Below are positions 44,760 through 53,359 of a stretch of DNA of 63,398 nt, piece after piece (position 1 is the stretch's first letter; each line of letters starts with the position of its first letter). A program made the translations under genes and the position numbers. Source of the stretch: Candidatus Woesearchaeota archaeon (lineage in GTDB: Archaea; Nanobdellota; Nanobdellia; Woesearchaeales; UBA10216). The notes below the pieces were generated by a model that made no database searches, was not told where the DNA came from, and worked only from the letters and a program-made list of their open reading frames with translations. The stretch is taken from the NCBI GenBank assembly GCA_016188155.1, contig JACPIH010000002.1, forward strand, positions 1-63,398. Reading direction: 5' to 3'.

Positions 44760-46286
44760 CTACTTGCCTGACTCGACTACTGCCTCCATCACAGGCTCTA
44801 CTATTGCCTCTGGTTTTTCTTCGGGTAGTTTGGCAAACCCATTAGGCGCTCCATGCCCTTTGCCCGCCAGAACCTTCTTAAAAGCCATCTTTATCAGGTC
44901 ATTGCCCCCGAGGAAGTTAGCCCTAAAGTCAGTCCAGCTTCTAACCTTACTAAGCTTTCTGAGAAGAAACTTAGGCCTCAGATAGTACTCCAAAATAGCC
45001 CTGCCATTCCAGTACAGCAGCTGCTTGGAAGTAAGCTTCGTTGTCTTTATCAGAGCCTCGGTTCCATGAATAATATGGCCGTCAAAGTTTTCAGGCTGCT
45101 CGAAAAGTTTGTTTGCAACGACCTCATCGTAGACAGGAGTGCCCGGGTATGGGTTCAACAGGTTAAAGAACGTCAAATCAGCGTTAACCTCTTTGGCGAA
45201 CTTAATTGTAGCTTTAAGCTCCTCCTCGCCCTCCCAAGGGAAGCCCATAATGTAAGTTGCCTTGACCATGATGCCGTGCTTCTGCGCCATCCTGACCGCT
45301 TTTAGCACCATATCGCACGTGATAGGCTTGTTTATCTTCTTGAAGCCCTCTTCGTAGCCGGTTTCCACGCCGAAAAGAATGCTCTTGCAACCGGAACTCG
45401 CCATGGCACTGAGCAGCTCATCATCCATGTGATTGACTCTTGCCAAGCATTCCCACACCAGGTCCATCTTGGACTCCCTGATCTTATTGCATATGTCTAT
45501 GACGCGCTTATGATTAACAGCGAACTCATCATCCTGGAAATATATGTGCCTGATGCCATAATTATCATAGAGCAGCTTAATCTCCTCGAATACCTTCTCA
45601 GCCGACCTCTGGCGCCAGTACTTGGCCTGCAGCGAGCTTTGGCAAAAGTTGCACTTGAACGGGCAGCCCCTGGAACTTATCATTGTTGTGAATTTTCTGC
45701 CGAGGTTCAGCCAGCCATAAGAATGATACCTGTCCATGGGAAAAAGGTGATATGCTGGCATGGGCAAGGCATCCAAGTTTTTCACTACGCCACGCTCTGC
45801 TGTCCTAACCTTATTCTTGCCATCCATGTACACTATCCCTTTTATCTCGCTTAAAGGCATGTCACTCTTCCTGTAAATGTAGTTCAGCAGGTCAACTATG
45901 GTTTCCTCTGCTTCATTAATCACCACGTAATCAACAACACCCTTTTCCTCAAAAGCAGAGTCTGGGTTGACAGTAACGTGAGGACCGCCAATAATTGTAA
46001 TGACAGACGGGTTGAACTCCTTGGCTTTCTTTAAGACAGACATAGCTATCCTGAAATTTGCTGTAGAACTGCCCAAGAGAACCATCTTGGGATTATGCTT
46101 CTCAAGCTCCTTAGCCGCATCCTCTTCTGTAAGCTCCAGCCCGAAGCAATCAAGAATCTTCACATCATAGCCAAGGTCTTCTATTACGGCAGCTATTATC
46201 CCAAGGCCAAGATTAGGGCATTTTGGGCCCACAGAATCCAGCTTCCCATAGCTAAACGGCGGCACTACGCACAATATCTCTGTCAC
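44760..46286 (-). CDS. Cobalamin-binding radical SAM protein
   Basis: PNLGLGIIAA and GGPHVT B12-binding domain; SRGCPFKCNFC radical SAM triad; YFQDDEF, GVETG and PYPGTP motifs. GTG start. Confidence 0.92.
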   Translation of the reverse strand: MTEILCVVPPFSYGKLDSVGPKCPNLGLGIIAAVIEDLGYDVKILDCFGLELTEEDAAKELEKHNPKMVLLGSSTANFRIAMSVLKKAKEFNPSVITIIGGPHVTVNPDSAFEEKGVVDYVVINEAEETIVDLLNYIYRKSDMPLSEIKGIVYMDGKNKVRTAERGVVKNLDALPMPAYHLFPMDRYHSYGWLNLGRKFTTMISSRGCPFKCNFCQSSLQAKYWRQRSAEKVFEEIKLLYDNYGIRHIYFQDDEFAVNHKRVIDICNKIRESKMDLVWECLARVNHMDDELLSAMASSGCKSILFGVETGYEEGFKKINKPITCDMVLKAVRMAQKHGIMVKATYIMGFPWEGEEELKATIKFAKEVNADLTFFNLLNPYPGTPVYDEVVANKLFEQPENFDGHIIHGTEALIKTTKLTSKQLLYWNGRAILEYYLRPKFLLRKLSKVRSWTDFRANFLGGNDLIKMAFKKVLAGKGHGAPNGFAKLPEEKPEAIVEPVMEAVVESGK

Positions 46287-46507
46287 TGGACACCCCTCCA
46301 GCTCATTAATCCTTTTTTAATACGGTTAATGTGGCTTCACCATAGTGAATAATAATACTACTACACCGCTAGTTAATAAAATTATCGTTCTTACAGGCGT
46401 TCTTGCGGCAGCGGCAGCAGCTACCGGCATAACCCCCAAACCACACACACCACCACCACCCCACGAAGAAAATTTTTTAAACCGACGCAGGGCACCTAGG
46501 AAAGCAA

Positions 46508-47827
46508 ATGAAGAGACCAAGCCCCGAATTGAAGCTTATGCTTGTTTTACTGGTGCCTGTTGCAGCCATCCTACTCGTCCATTATTTCATGACAGGGTTT
46601 GTTGTTTACAACGACGGAAGGGGCTATTACACCTGGCTAAGATCGGCAGTTATTGACAGGGATGTTAATTTTACGAACGAGTGGACTTACTACAACACCA
46701 CCCACAGCAAGTTTGCATCAGGCCAAAGGGCAGAGAGCGTTTCCAGCCTGAAAACGCCGAAAGGCTACATGGTAAACATCTATCTTATTGGAAATGCCAT
46801 AATGTGGGCACCTTTCTATCTGACAGCCCATGCCGCTTCCCTGCTTTTAAACGCTGCAGGGTTTGCCGTCAGGACTGATGGCTACGGCTTCCTATACGAG
46901 ATGAGCGTAGGCATTGCAAGCCTAATTTACGGATTTTTAGGGGCATGGATGATTTACAAGTTCTGCAAAAAGTGGTTTGAAAGCAAAACGGCGGTGCTTG
47001 CCACAATTGCGGTCTGGTACGGAACTGCCTTCTTTTGGTACCACGCTGCTGAGCCAAGCATGTCCCACATGAACTCAATATTTTTAACGGCGCTGTTCAC
47101 TCACCTTTGGTATAACACCCTTGGGAAAAGGACAAAGGTGCAGTGGCTGGCGCTTGGGCTTCTGCTGGGGCTTATTTACCTTGTAAGGCAGCAGGAAGTC
47201 CTGTTAGGACTACTGCCGGCTTTTGAACTGATTAAAAGGCTGGCGAAAAAGGTTAATTTTGACACGATAAGAAAAACAGCTATTGCCTCTGCCCTGTTAG
47301 GCATTGGCATCTTCATAATAACCCTGCCCCAGATGCTGATATGGAAAAGGATGTACGGAAGTTACCTGGTGTATTCCTATGGTGACCCGGAGACACTAAA
47401 GTATTGGTACTGGACAATGCCGCAGATACTGCCTTTGTTCTTCTCACAGGCAGCCGGAATGTGGAGAGTGCCCATAATGCTGCTTTCCATCATTGGGCTG
47501 TTCCTCTTTGCAAAAAGGGTAAAAGGCGTTGCCTGGTACTTCGCGGCAGTTGTGCTTGCACAGGTGTTAATAGTTTCTGCGTGGACAGGATGGCCAATTG
47601 GCTACGGGGTGAGGTACCTCCTGGGAATGAGCATATTCTTTGCTTTGGGAGCAGCTCAGCTCATTAGAATGCTAAGAAGCAGGCTAAGCATGAAGGCAAT
47701 TTGTGCAATAGTTTTCTTATTAATCCTGGCAAACTTCATAAATATGCTGATTGTCATGCTTACTGAGATAACCTCAAGAATTCCACTGAGCGAGGTTCTA
47801 AGACTGCTCACCAAAACAGTGCTATGA
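46508..47827 (+). CDS. GT-C-fold-like membrane glycosyltransferase
   Basis: TM1 followed by NDGRGYYTWLRS..D.DVNFTNE; SMSH and VRQQ motifs; about 11 TM segments. Confidence 0.6.
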   Translation: MKRPSPELKLMLVLLVPVAAILLVHYFMTGFVVYNDGRGYYTWLRSAVIDRDVNFTNEWTYYNTTHSKFASGQRAESVSSLKTPKGYMVNIYLIGNAIMWAPFYLTAHAASLLLNAAGFAVRTDGYGFLYEMSVGIASLIYGFLGAWMIYKFCKKWFESKTAVLATIAVWYGTAFFWYHAAEPSMSHMNSIFLTALFTHLWYNTLGKRTKVQWLALGLLLGLIYLVRQQEVLLGLLPAFELIKRLAKKVNFDTIRKTAIASALLGIGIFIITLPQMLIWKRMYGSYLVYSYGDPETLKYWYWTMPQILPLFFSQAAGMWRVPIMLLSIIGLFLFAKRVKGVAWYFAAVVLAQVLIVSAWTGWPIGYGVRYLLGMSIFFALGAAQLIRMLRSRLSMKAICAIVFLLILANFINMLIVMLTEITSRIPLSEVLRLLTKTVL

Positions 47828-48577
47828 AACCCGACCAGCCTTTGGCTTTGCCGACATTGTCTTTACACACAATATTTGAAAGGCACGTTCAGGGTGCTTT
47901 CTCAAGAACAATTGCGTTAAGTCTGAAACAACCAGCCAAAAATACTTGGGCTTGAGCCTGATAGAGGTGAACTCTTCCCCAAATTTCCCCTCACACCCAC
48001 CCCACCTAAGAGGCTTAAAGCCGTTTACGCCCGTAACTTTGTAACCTCGCTTCCTCATTTCATTGACCGCCCATCCTGACTTGTGAAGTTGCCAAGGATT
48101 GCCCTCATATGCGGCCTGGGGCATAAAACCATTTGGTGTAAAGATAATCACCTTCCTCCTGGCAATTTTTTCCATCATATCCAACAGCTTATAGCCATCC
48201 TCTTTTGCAAGGTGCTCTATCACGTCAGAAGCGAGCACGCAATCAAAGGAACCCGGCTTAAACGCCTTCCCTATTTCTAATACGTCCATCACATAATACT
48301 TGTTATGCGTTTTTTCCCCTTTCGCCTTTTCAACGCTTGGCTTAAAGGCGTCCACCCCAACGCTATAAAGCCGATGCTGGAACAATTTGACGGGTGAATT
48401 TGAGCCGCACCCGACGTCAAGCAAGGTTTTGCAATCCCCAACGGCCTTTTCAAGCTCAACCGGGTAGTCAGGGAAAATCTTCCTGTAAAAGCCATAGTAC
48501 AGCTTTCTCAACAGTCTCATAGGCAGTACGCTGCCTATGCGCATCAGCTGCTGCCAATGCTGTTTAATCAAACCCAA
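47822..48577 (-). CDS. Class I SAM-dependent methyltransferase
   Basis: LLDVGCG, FDCVLASDVIEH and FTPNG motifs. Confidence 0.88.
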   Translation of the reverse strand: MGLIKQHWQQLMRIGSVLPMRLLRKLYYGFYRKIFPDYPVELEKAVGDCKTLLDVGCGSNSPVKLFQHRLYSVGVDAFKPSVEKAKGEKTHNKYYVMDVLEIGKAFKPGSFDCVLASDVIEHLAKEDGYKLLDMMEKIARRKVIIFTPNGFMPQAAYEGNPWQLHKSGWAVNEMRKRGYKVTGVNGFKPLRWGGCEGKFGEEFTSIRLKPKYFWLVVSDLTQLFLRKHPERAFQILCVKTMSAKPKAGRVS

Positions 48578-48583
48578 TCAAAC

Positions 48584-49372
48584 TCACCTTTCCTTTTTCC
48601 TGCACACCATGATTATGTGGCTTCCTATGTTGGGAGAGTAATCGCCCAGCTTTATGGCAAGCGACCTAAGGAGAGGGATGTTGTACTGGACAGGGAACAT
48701 CAAGTTGGAACTCAGCTTTTTAATTACTGAGAAATTATGTTCCCGTAATTGCTGCTCAAGAGCCGGGAACGTGTAGTTCCTGATGTGGCCTGCATTGTCC
48801 TTTCCAAGCCGAACCTCGCTGCCTACAGGAAGCTTCCCAAACAAGAGCATGACCCTATTAGAGAGCGAAGCAAGGTTAGGGGTGGTTACGATAAAAATGC
48901 CATTTGGCTTCAACACCCTCCAGACTTCCCCGATAAAAAAATCGGTGTCATAAAGGTGTTCTATAATGTCGCCAGCGTAAGCAGCATCGAAAAGATTGTC
49001 ATGAAACGGGAATGCCTCCTCTGCGCTGCCAACAAATGCCCTAATCCCCTTCTTCCTTGCCTTCGCAACCTCAATCCTGCTTATTTCAAGACCAGCAACG
49101 TCGTAGCCAAGCGACTTCAGGCGCAGCGCAAAGGTTCCGTCCTGGCAGCCAACATCAAGCAGCTTAAGCGGCTTTTCAGCATCGGCAGCAGCCGATGCGT
49201 ATTGGCTATCAGCCAATATCCCGTGGTTAAGCTTCCTGAAGATACTGTAAGCCTTTTCGCGGTAAATGTACACGGGCCGGCGCACAGGCTTAAGATTATA
49301 ATCGCCCTCGTAATAATCCTTTACGCTGCGCCCCTTATGCTTTTTTATCGGTTTCATAAGCATTGACGTCAA
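48584..49372 (-). CDS. Class I SAM-dependent methyltransferase (type 11) with an in-frame hairpin-repeat insertion
   Basis: LLDVGCQDG, GDIIEHLYD, RVLKPNG and TTPN motifs. The start may be ATG 49363. Confidence 0.88.
   Translation of the reverse strand: MTSMLMKPIKKHKGRSVKDYYEGDYNLKPVRRPVYIYREKAYSIFRKLNHGILADSQYASAAADAEKPLKLLDVGCQDGTFALRLKSLGYDVAGLEISRIEVAKARKKGIRAFVGSAEEAFPFHDNLFDAAYAGDIIEHLYDTDFFIGEVWRVLKPNGIFIVTTPNLASLSNRVMLLFGKLPVGSEVRLGKDNAGHIRNYTFPALEQQLREHNFSVIKKLSSNLMFPVQYNIPLLRSLAIKLGDYSPNIGSHIIMVCRKKER
49178..49219. repeat. Two-hairpin repeat module inside the methyltransferase CDS
   Basis: 49177-49202 matches 1292-1317 at 25/26 nt. Adjacent hairpin tattggct-atc-agccaata. The segment encodes ILADSQYASAAADA. 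Confidence 0.8.
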
Positions 49373-49402
49373 ATTACTTCATTTAAAAATTTTCTTTTAG
49401 TT

Positions 49403-50932
49403 CTATTTACGCTTATACACCTTAGTTCCGGTAACCTTATTCTCGTATACAGGAACAAAATCCCGCTCTATCTGCTGAAGATAGCTCGGCTGGACTATGC
49501 TCTCAGGTTCAAGCCTGAAGTCCTGATTGACCCACGCATAACCAGCCCTGTCAAGATCGTAGTTTGAGAAGCGGTGCGCGTTGTAGCTCATGCACTGCCC
49601 GTTGTAGCCAATCAGAGCATCCTTAGGCGTATTTTCCCTTATCCAGCCAAAATCAGAGCTATAGGCTGACCATGCGCTTGCTGCCACAACTGTTTTTGCT
49701 GTTTCAACAGCGGAAAATGCAAAAACGCAGCCAATGACAATTACTACGATGACGGCAAAGGATTTTACCCCAAATAATTTGTTGCTACTGAACTTTTTCA
49801 GGATTGAATCAAGGCCAAGAGCCCAAAGGAGCGCCACCGCAGGGGTTGCCGGCAGGAAATAGCGGGCAGAAACAAGCCCTGTAGTTGTGATAAAGGCGGC
49901 TTCTACAAGCAGGAAAGACAGGATCCAGCCGTAAAGGAAAAACGTGTGCTGCTTCCACTGCCTGACAAAAACACCAATGAAAGCCGGCAGGATGAAAAGC
50001 AGGGTCAGGGCAATCCAGACCGCAACAGCAACTCCCGGAAATGGCAGGTTAACAAATGACAACGCACCAAGGCTGCCGACCGGGGCTCCGAAAAGCTCAA
50101 AGTGGAACCTTGCAAGCCTGTCAAACGAAAACAAATGCCCAAAAGAAAACTGGGCATGCGCATTTGCAAGCTCAGGCAGAGGTAAGCCGCCAAAAAACTT
50201 TGACATAAAAGGCCATACAGGATTGCCAAAAAGGATGTAGTTGCGGACAAACCATGGAAGCCCGATAAGGGCAATGATTACTCCCGAAACCATCGACTTC
50301 GAAAAGAAAGCCTTTAAGTTGCCCTTGCAGTAAACCAGCAAAATAAGAAAGAAAAATGGCAACAGCACTAGCATAGTTTGCTTGGCCTCCAGGCTCAATC
50401 CGATAAACAGCGCTGATAGGAAAATCCTTCTGCAGAAAAGCAGGTATACCGCAACAACAGCCAAAAGGGTGGCTAACGAGTCAACAAAAGACACCGCACT
50501 GGAGTTTATATGCAAAGGCAGGAAAGCTACGAACAGGGTTGCAAAGAAAGCTACCCTGGAGTTGTACAGCTTTTTGCCAAGAAGAAAAACAAAAGGCAAT
50601 GCCAAACTTCCAAAAAACGGAGAGACCATCTTGAAAGCAAATTCCGCAGAGGCCGGGCTGAACAAGCTGAAAAACTTGTAAACAGCTGCTGCAATAAGGT
50701 GAAATAGGGGAGCTGCAGAAAAAAACTGCCTGTCAACAATGCCAAAAGGCTCTGCAAATGGGATCCTGCCGTTTTCTGCCATGAAGCGCGCAACAGAAAG
50801 GTGCCAGCATGCGTCACCAGCAGGATGGCTTACGGCTGCGAGTGCAAAACGCACAACAGCGCCAATTACTATGATGATCAATGCCAACTTGGCATAGTCG
50901 CCTTTAAGCTTGCTTAAAAATTGCATCCCCAT
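49403..50932 (-). CDS. ArnT/PMT-like (GT39/GT83-type) membrane glycosyltransferase
   Basis: GDACWH after TM1, APLFH, F.D, KQT, LPWFVRN..FGNPVWP and RYFLP motifs. Confidence 0.75.
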   Translation of the reverse strand: MGMQFLSKLKGDYAKLALIIIVIGAVVRFALAAVSHPAGDACWHLSVARFMAENGRIPFAEPFGIVDRQFFSAAPLFHLIAAAVYKFFSLFSPASAEFAFKMVSPFFGSLALPFVFLLGKKLYNSRVAFFATLFVAFLPLHINSSAVSFVDSLATLLAVVAVYLLFCRRIFLSALFIGLSLEAKQTMLVLLPFFFLILLVYCKGNLKAFFSKSMVSGVIIALIGLPWFVRNYILFGNPVWPFMSKFFGGLPLPELANAHAQFSFGHLFSFDRLARFHFELFGAPVGSLGALSFVNLPFPGVAVAVWIALTLLFILPAFIGVFVRQWKQHTFFLYGWILSFLLVEAAFITTTGLVSARYFLPATPAVALLWALGLDSILKKFSSNKLFGVKSFAVIVVIVIGCVFAFSAVETAKTVVAASAWSAYSSDFGWIRENTPKDALIGYNGQCMSYNAHRFSNYDLDRAGYAWVNQDFRLEPESIVQPSYLQQIERDFVPVYENKVTGTKVYKRK

Positions 50933-51054
50933 AACCGCAAAATGACATTTTGAAGAATATATAAAAGTTATCCAAGAAACGAGCCGGGGTTTACTTTATA
51001 CGTGCAAAAGAAAACATTTATAAAAATACGTTTTAGGCATTCTGGCAGCACAAA

Positions 51055-51840
51055 ATGAAAACAGCAATAGAAGCAGACTACTTTTATAGAGACAGGTATA
51101 AACCAAGGGAAAGGGTAAACTTGTTTGTTGAAAAGATTTTCCTGGCGTGGATTTCAGCAAATGCAAAAGGCAAAAAGGTCCTTGATTCGGGCTGTGGCAA
51201 TGGCATACGCACTGCCCAGCTAACCAAAGATTTTGATGTTACTGGGATTGATATTTCTGAAAACAACCTTAAGCAGGCACGAATGCTGGGGCTTAAAGCT
51301 ATAAGGCACGATTTTACCAAAAAGCTGCCATTCAGGGACGCAGAATTTGATACGGCAGTAAGCTGCCAAGTGATTGAACACGTTTACGATACGGATTTTT
51401 ACCTGTCAGAAATTCACAGGGTATTGAAAAAAGGCGGCACACTGCTGATAACAACCCCGAATGCCGTCAGTCTAACAGACCGCTTAAGAGTAATGTTCGG
51501 GAAGCTTCCCGTAACCTGCGAAGTAAGCCTGCATTACAAGATTGGCTCAAAAGAAAAACCAAACGGCCATATCAGGCCTTATACTTTTCCTGAACTGAGG
51601 CATCAGTTACAGCGGATAGGCTTTAAGGTTGTTGAAGAGCGAACGACAAACTTTCCTTTTCCAGTCTACTGGGCAATGCCTGCCGCATTGAAGAAGCTCG
51701 CCACTAGGCTGGGCGCATTAAAGCCTTCGTTTGGTGGTCAAATAATGGTTAAAGCTGTAAAAATAGTGCTTAGTCAACAGTACGGGCAGGAGCGGCAGCT
51801 TCTTCTCGCAGCCGATCGTGATAAACGTATAAGACAATAG
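51055..51840 (+). CDS. Class I SAM-dependent methyltransferase (type 11)
   Basis: VLDSGCGNG, QVIEHVYD, RVLKKGG and TTPN motifs; paralogue of 48584-49372. Confidence 0.88.
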   Translation: MKTAIEADYFYRDRYKPRERVNLFVEKIFLAWISANAKGKKVLDSGCGNGIRTAQLTKDFDVTGIDISENNLKQARMLGLKAIRHDFTKKLPFRDAEFDTAVSCQVIEHVYDTDFYLSEIHRVLKKGGTLLITTPNAVSLTDRLRVMFGKLPVTCEVSLHYKIGSKEKPNGHIRPYTFPELRHQLQRIGFKVVEERTTNFPFPVYWAMPAALKKLATRLGALKPSFGGQIMVKAVKIVLSQQYGQERQLLLAADRDKRIRQ

Positions 51841-51886
51841 ACAACTTTGAACAAAAATTATAAATGGGCAGTTATTCAAAGTTCTC
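51838..51886. repeat. AACTTTGAA-N23-TTCAAAGTT inverted repeat, homologous to the 43538-43671 cluster
   Basis: tagacaactttgaacaaaaattataaatgggcagttattcaaagttctc; contains a TTATAAAT TATA-like box upstream of the flippase. Confidence 0.8.
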
Positions 51887-51928
51887 AATAAATAAAATAA
51901 ATAGATGTTGCTAAAAGCACATACTTGC

Positions 51929-53359
51929 ATGTCAAACGCCGAGACCATAGCAAAAAACGCAGGATTCCTGTTCATTGGAGAAATAGTTACAAGAGTGCTC
52001 GCATTCGGCCTAGTTGTTGCAATAGCACACTACCTTGGCGAGATTGGGCTGGGGGCTTACTCTTTTGCGTTCGCCTTCACAGACCTTTTGCTCCAGTTTG
52101 TTGACCTCGGCATACCATCTTACATCATGAGGGAGATAGCAAGAGACAAAACGGCAACCCCCTCTTACATAAGCAACGCGCTTGGACTACGAACTTCTAT
52201 GCTGCCATTCATACTCCTGATAGGAGTAGCAGCCGCTTACCTAATCCAAGCAAAGTCAGCTGAAACAAGAATTATCCTACTGCTAGCAACAACTGGCATG
52301 GGGCTTAACTTCTTAACTGACCCTTTAAGGACTGTTTACCTTGCTTACGAGCAAAATTCTTACTACGCAGCACTCACCATTTTTGAACGGCTAATCTTCA
52401 CAGCAGGAGGGTTTGCACTACTCATAACTGGACAAGGACTAGTGCCAATCCTGGGCTTGTTTGTCGCGTCACAGCTGATTTCCTTTTTAACAAACGCGTA
52501 CATCGTAAGAAAAAGGTTCGCGAATTTCACGATCAGCTTTAACAAGGCACTCGTTATAGATACCATTAAACGTGCATTCCCGTTCTGGCTTACCAATCTT
52601 TTGAGGACAGTATACCTTAGAGCTGACACGCTAATGCTTTCGGCGATGAAGGGCTTTGCAACTGCCGGATGGTACAATGCAGCTTATAGGCCAGTAGAGG
52701 CACTAACGGCGATACCACTAGTCATTGTAGCATCAACCTTTCCGGCGATGAGCAGAATGCATGTGCAATCAAGAGAAACATTAAAAATCCTGTACGAAAA
52801 AACATTCTACTATTTACTAATAGCCGCCTTTCCTTTAGCTGCTGGCCTAACCCTCGCGGCTGACAGAATAATACTTTTCTTCTACGGCCAAACATTCTCT
52901 GCATCCATAATTGTGCTGAAAATGCTCGCGTGGGCAGAAGCACTCCTTTTCCTGCACTTAATCATGGGATTTCTCCTAAACGCAATTAACAAGCAGCACC
53001 TGTTCACAATAACAACTGCAACATACGCTGCAACGAATGTGGCGCTTAACCTCTTCATGATTCCGAAATATGGCCATATAGGAGCGGCAACGGCTGCAAT
53101 AATAACACAGGTAATTGCTGTCCTTATGCTTTACTATTTCTGCGCAAGAAATGGCTACGGGCTTAACCTGCTTAAACTCGCTTATAAGCCGATTATCGCT
53201 GTCTCTGCAATGAGCGCAGTGCTTATCGCGTCTAAAAACGTAAATCTGCTTGTTGCGGCACCAACGGCAGCAATAGTTTACGTTGCGATACTTGCACTGG
53301 TAAAGGGCATAGGAAAAGAGGAGTTAGGTCTAATAAGGAAAGTGCTTAGACTGGCCTGA
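51929..53359 (+). CDS. Flippase (Wzx/RfbX, MOP superfamily)
   Basis: IAKNA start, LG.YSFA, DLG, RADTLMLS..GWYNAAYR and PKYGHIGAA motifs; about 14 TM segments. Start placed at ATG 51929. Confidence 0.9.
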   Translation: MSNAETIAKNAGFLFIGEIVTRVLAFGLVVAIAHYLGEIGLGAYSFAFAFTDLLLQFVDLGIPSYIMREIARDKTATPSYISNALGLRTSMLPFILLIGVAAAYLIQAKSAETRIILLLATTGMGLNFLTDPLRTVYLAYEQNSYYAALTIFERLIFTAGGFALLITGQGLVPILGLFVASQLISFLTNAYIVRKRFANFTISFNKALVIDTIKRAFPFWLTNLLRTVYLRADTLMLSAMKGFATAGWYNAAYRPVEALTAIPLVIVASTFPAMSRMHVQSRETLKILYEKTFYYLLIAAFPLAAGLTLAADRIILFFYGQTFSASIIVLKMLAWAEALLFLHLIMGFLLNAINKQHLFTITTATYAATNVALNLFMIPKYGHIGAATAAIITQVIAVLMLYYFCARNGYGLNLLKLAYKPIIAVSAMSAVLIASKNVNLLVAAPTAAIVYVAILALVKGIGKEELGLIRKVLRLA

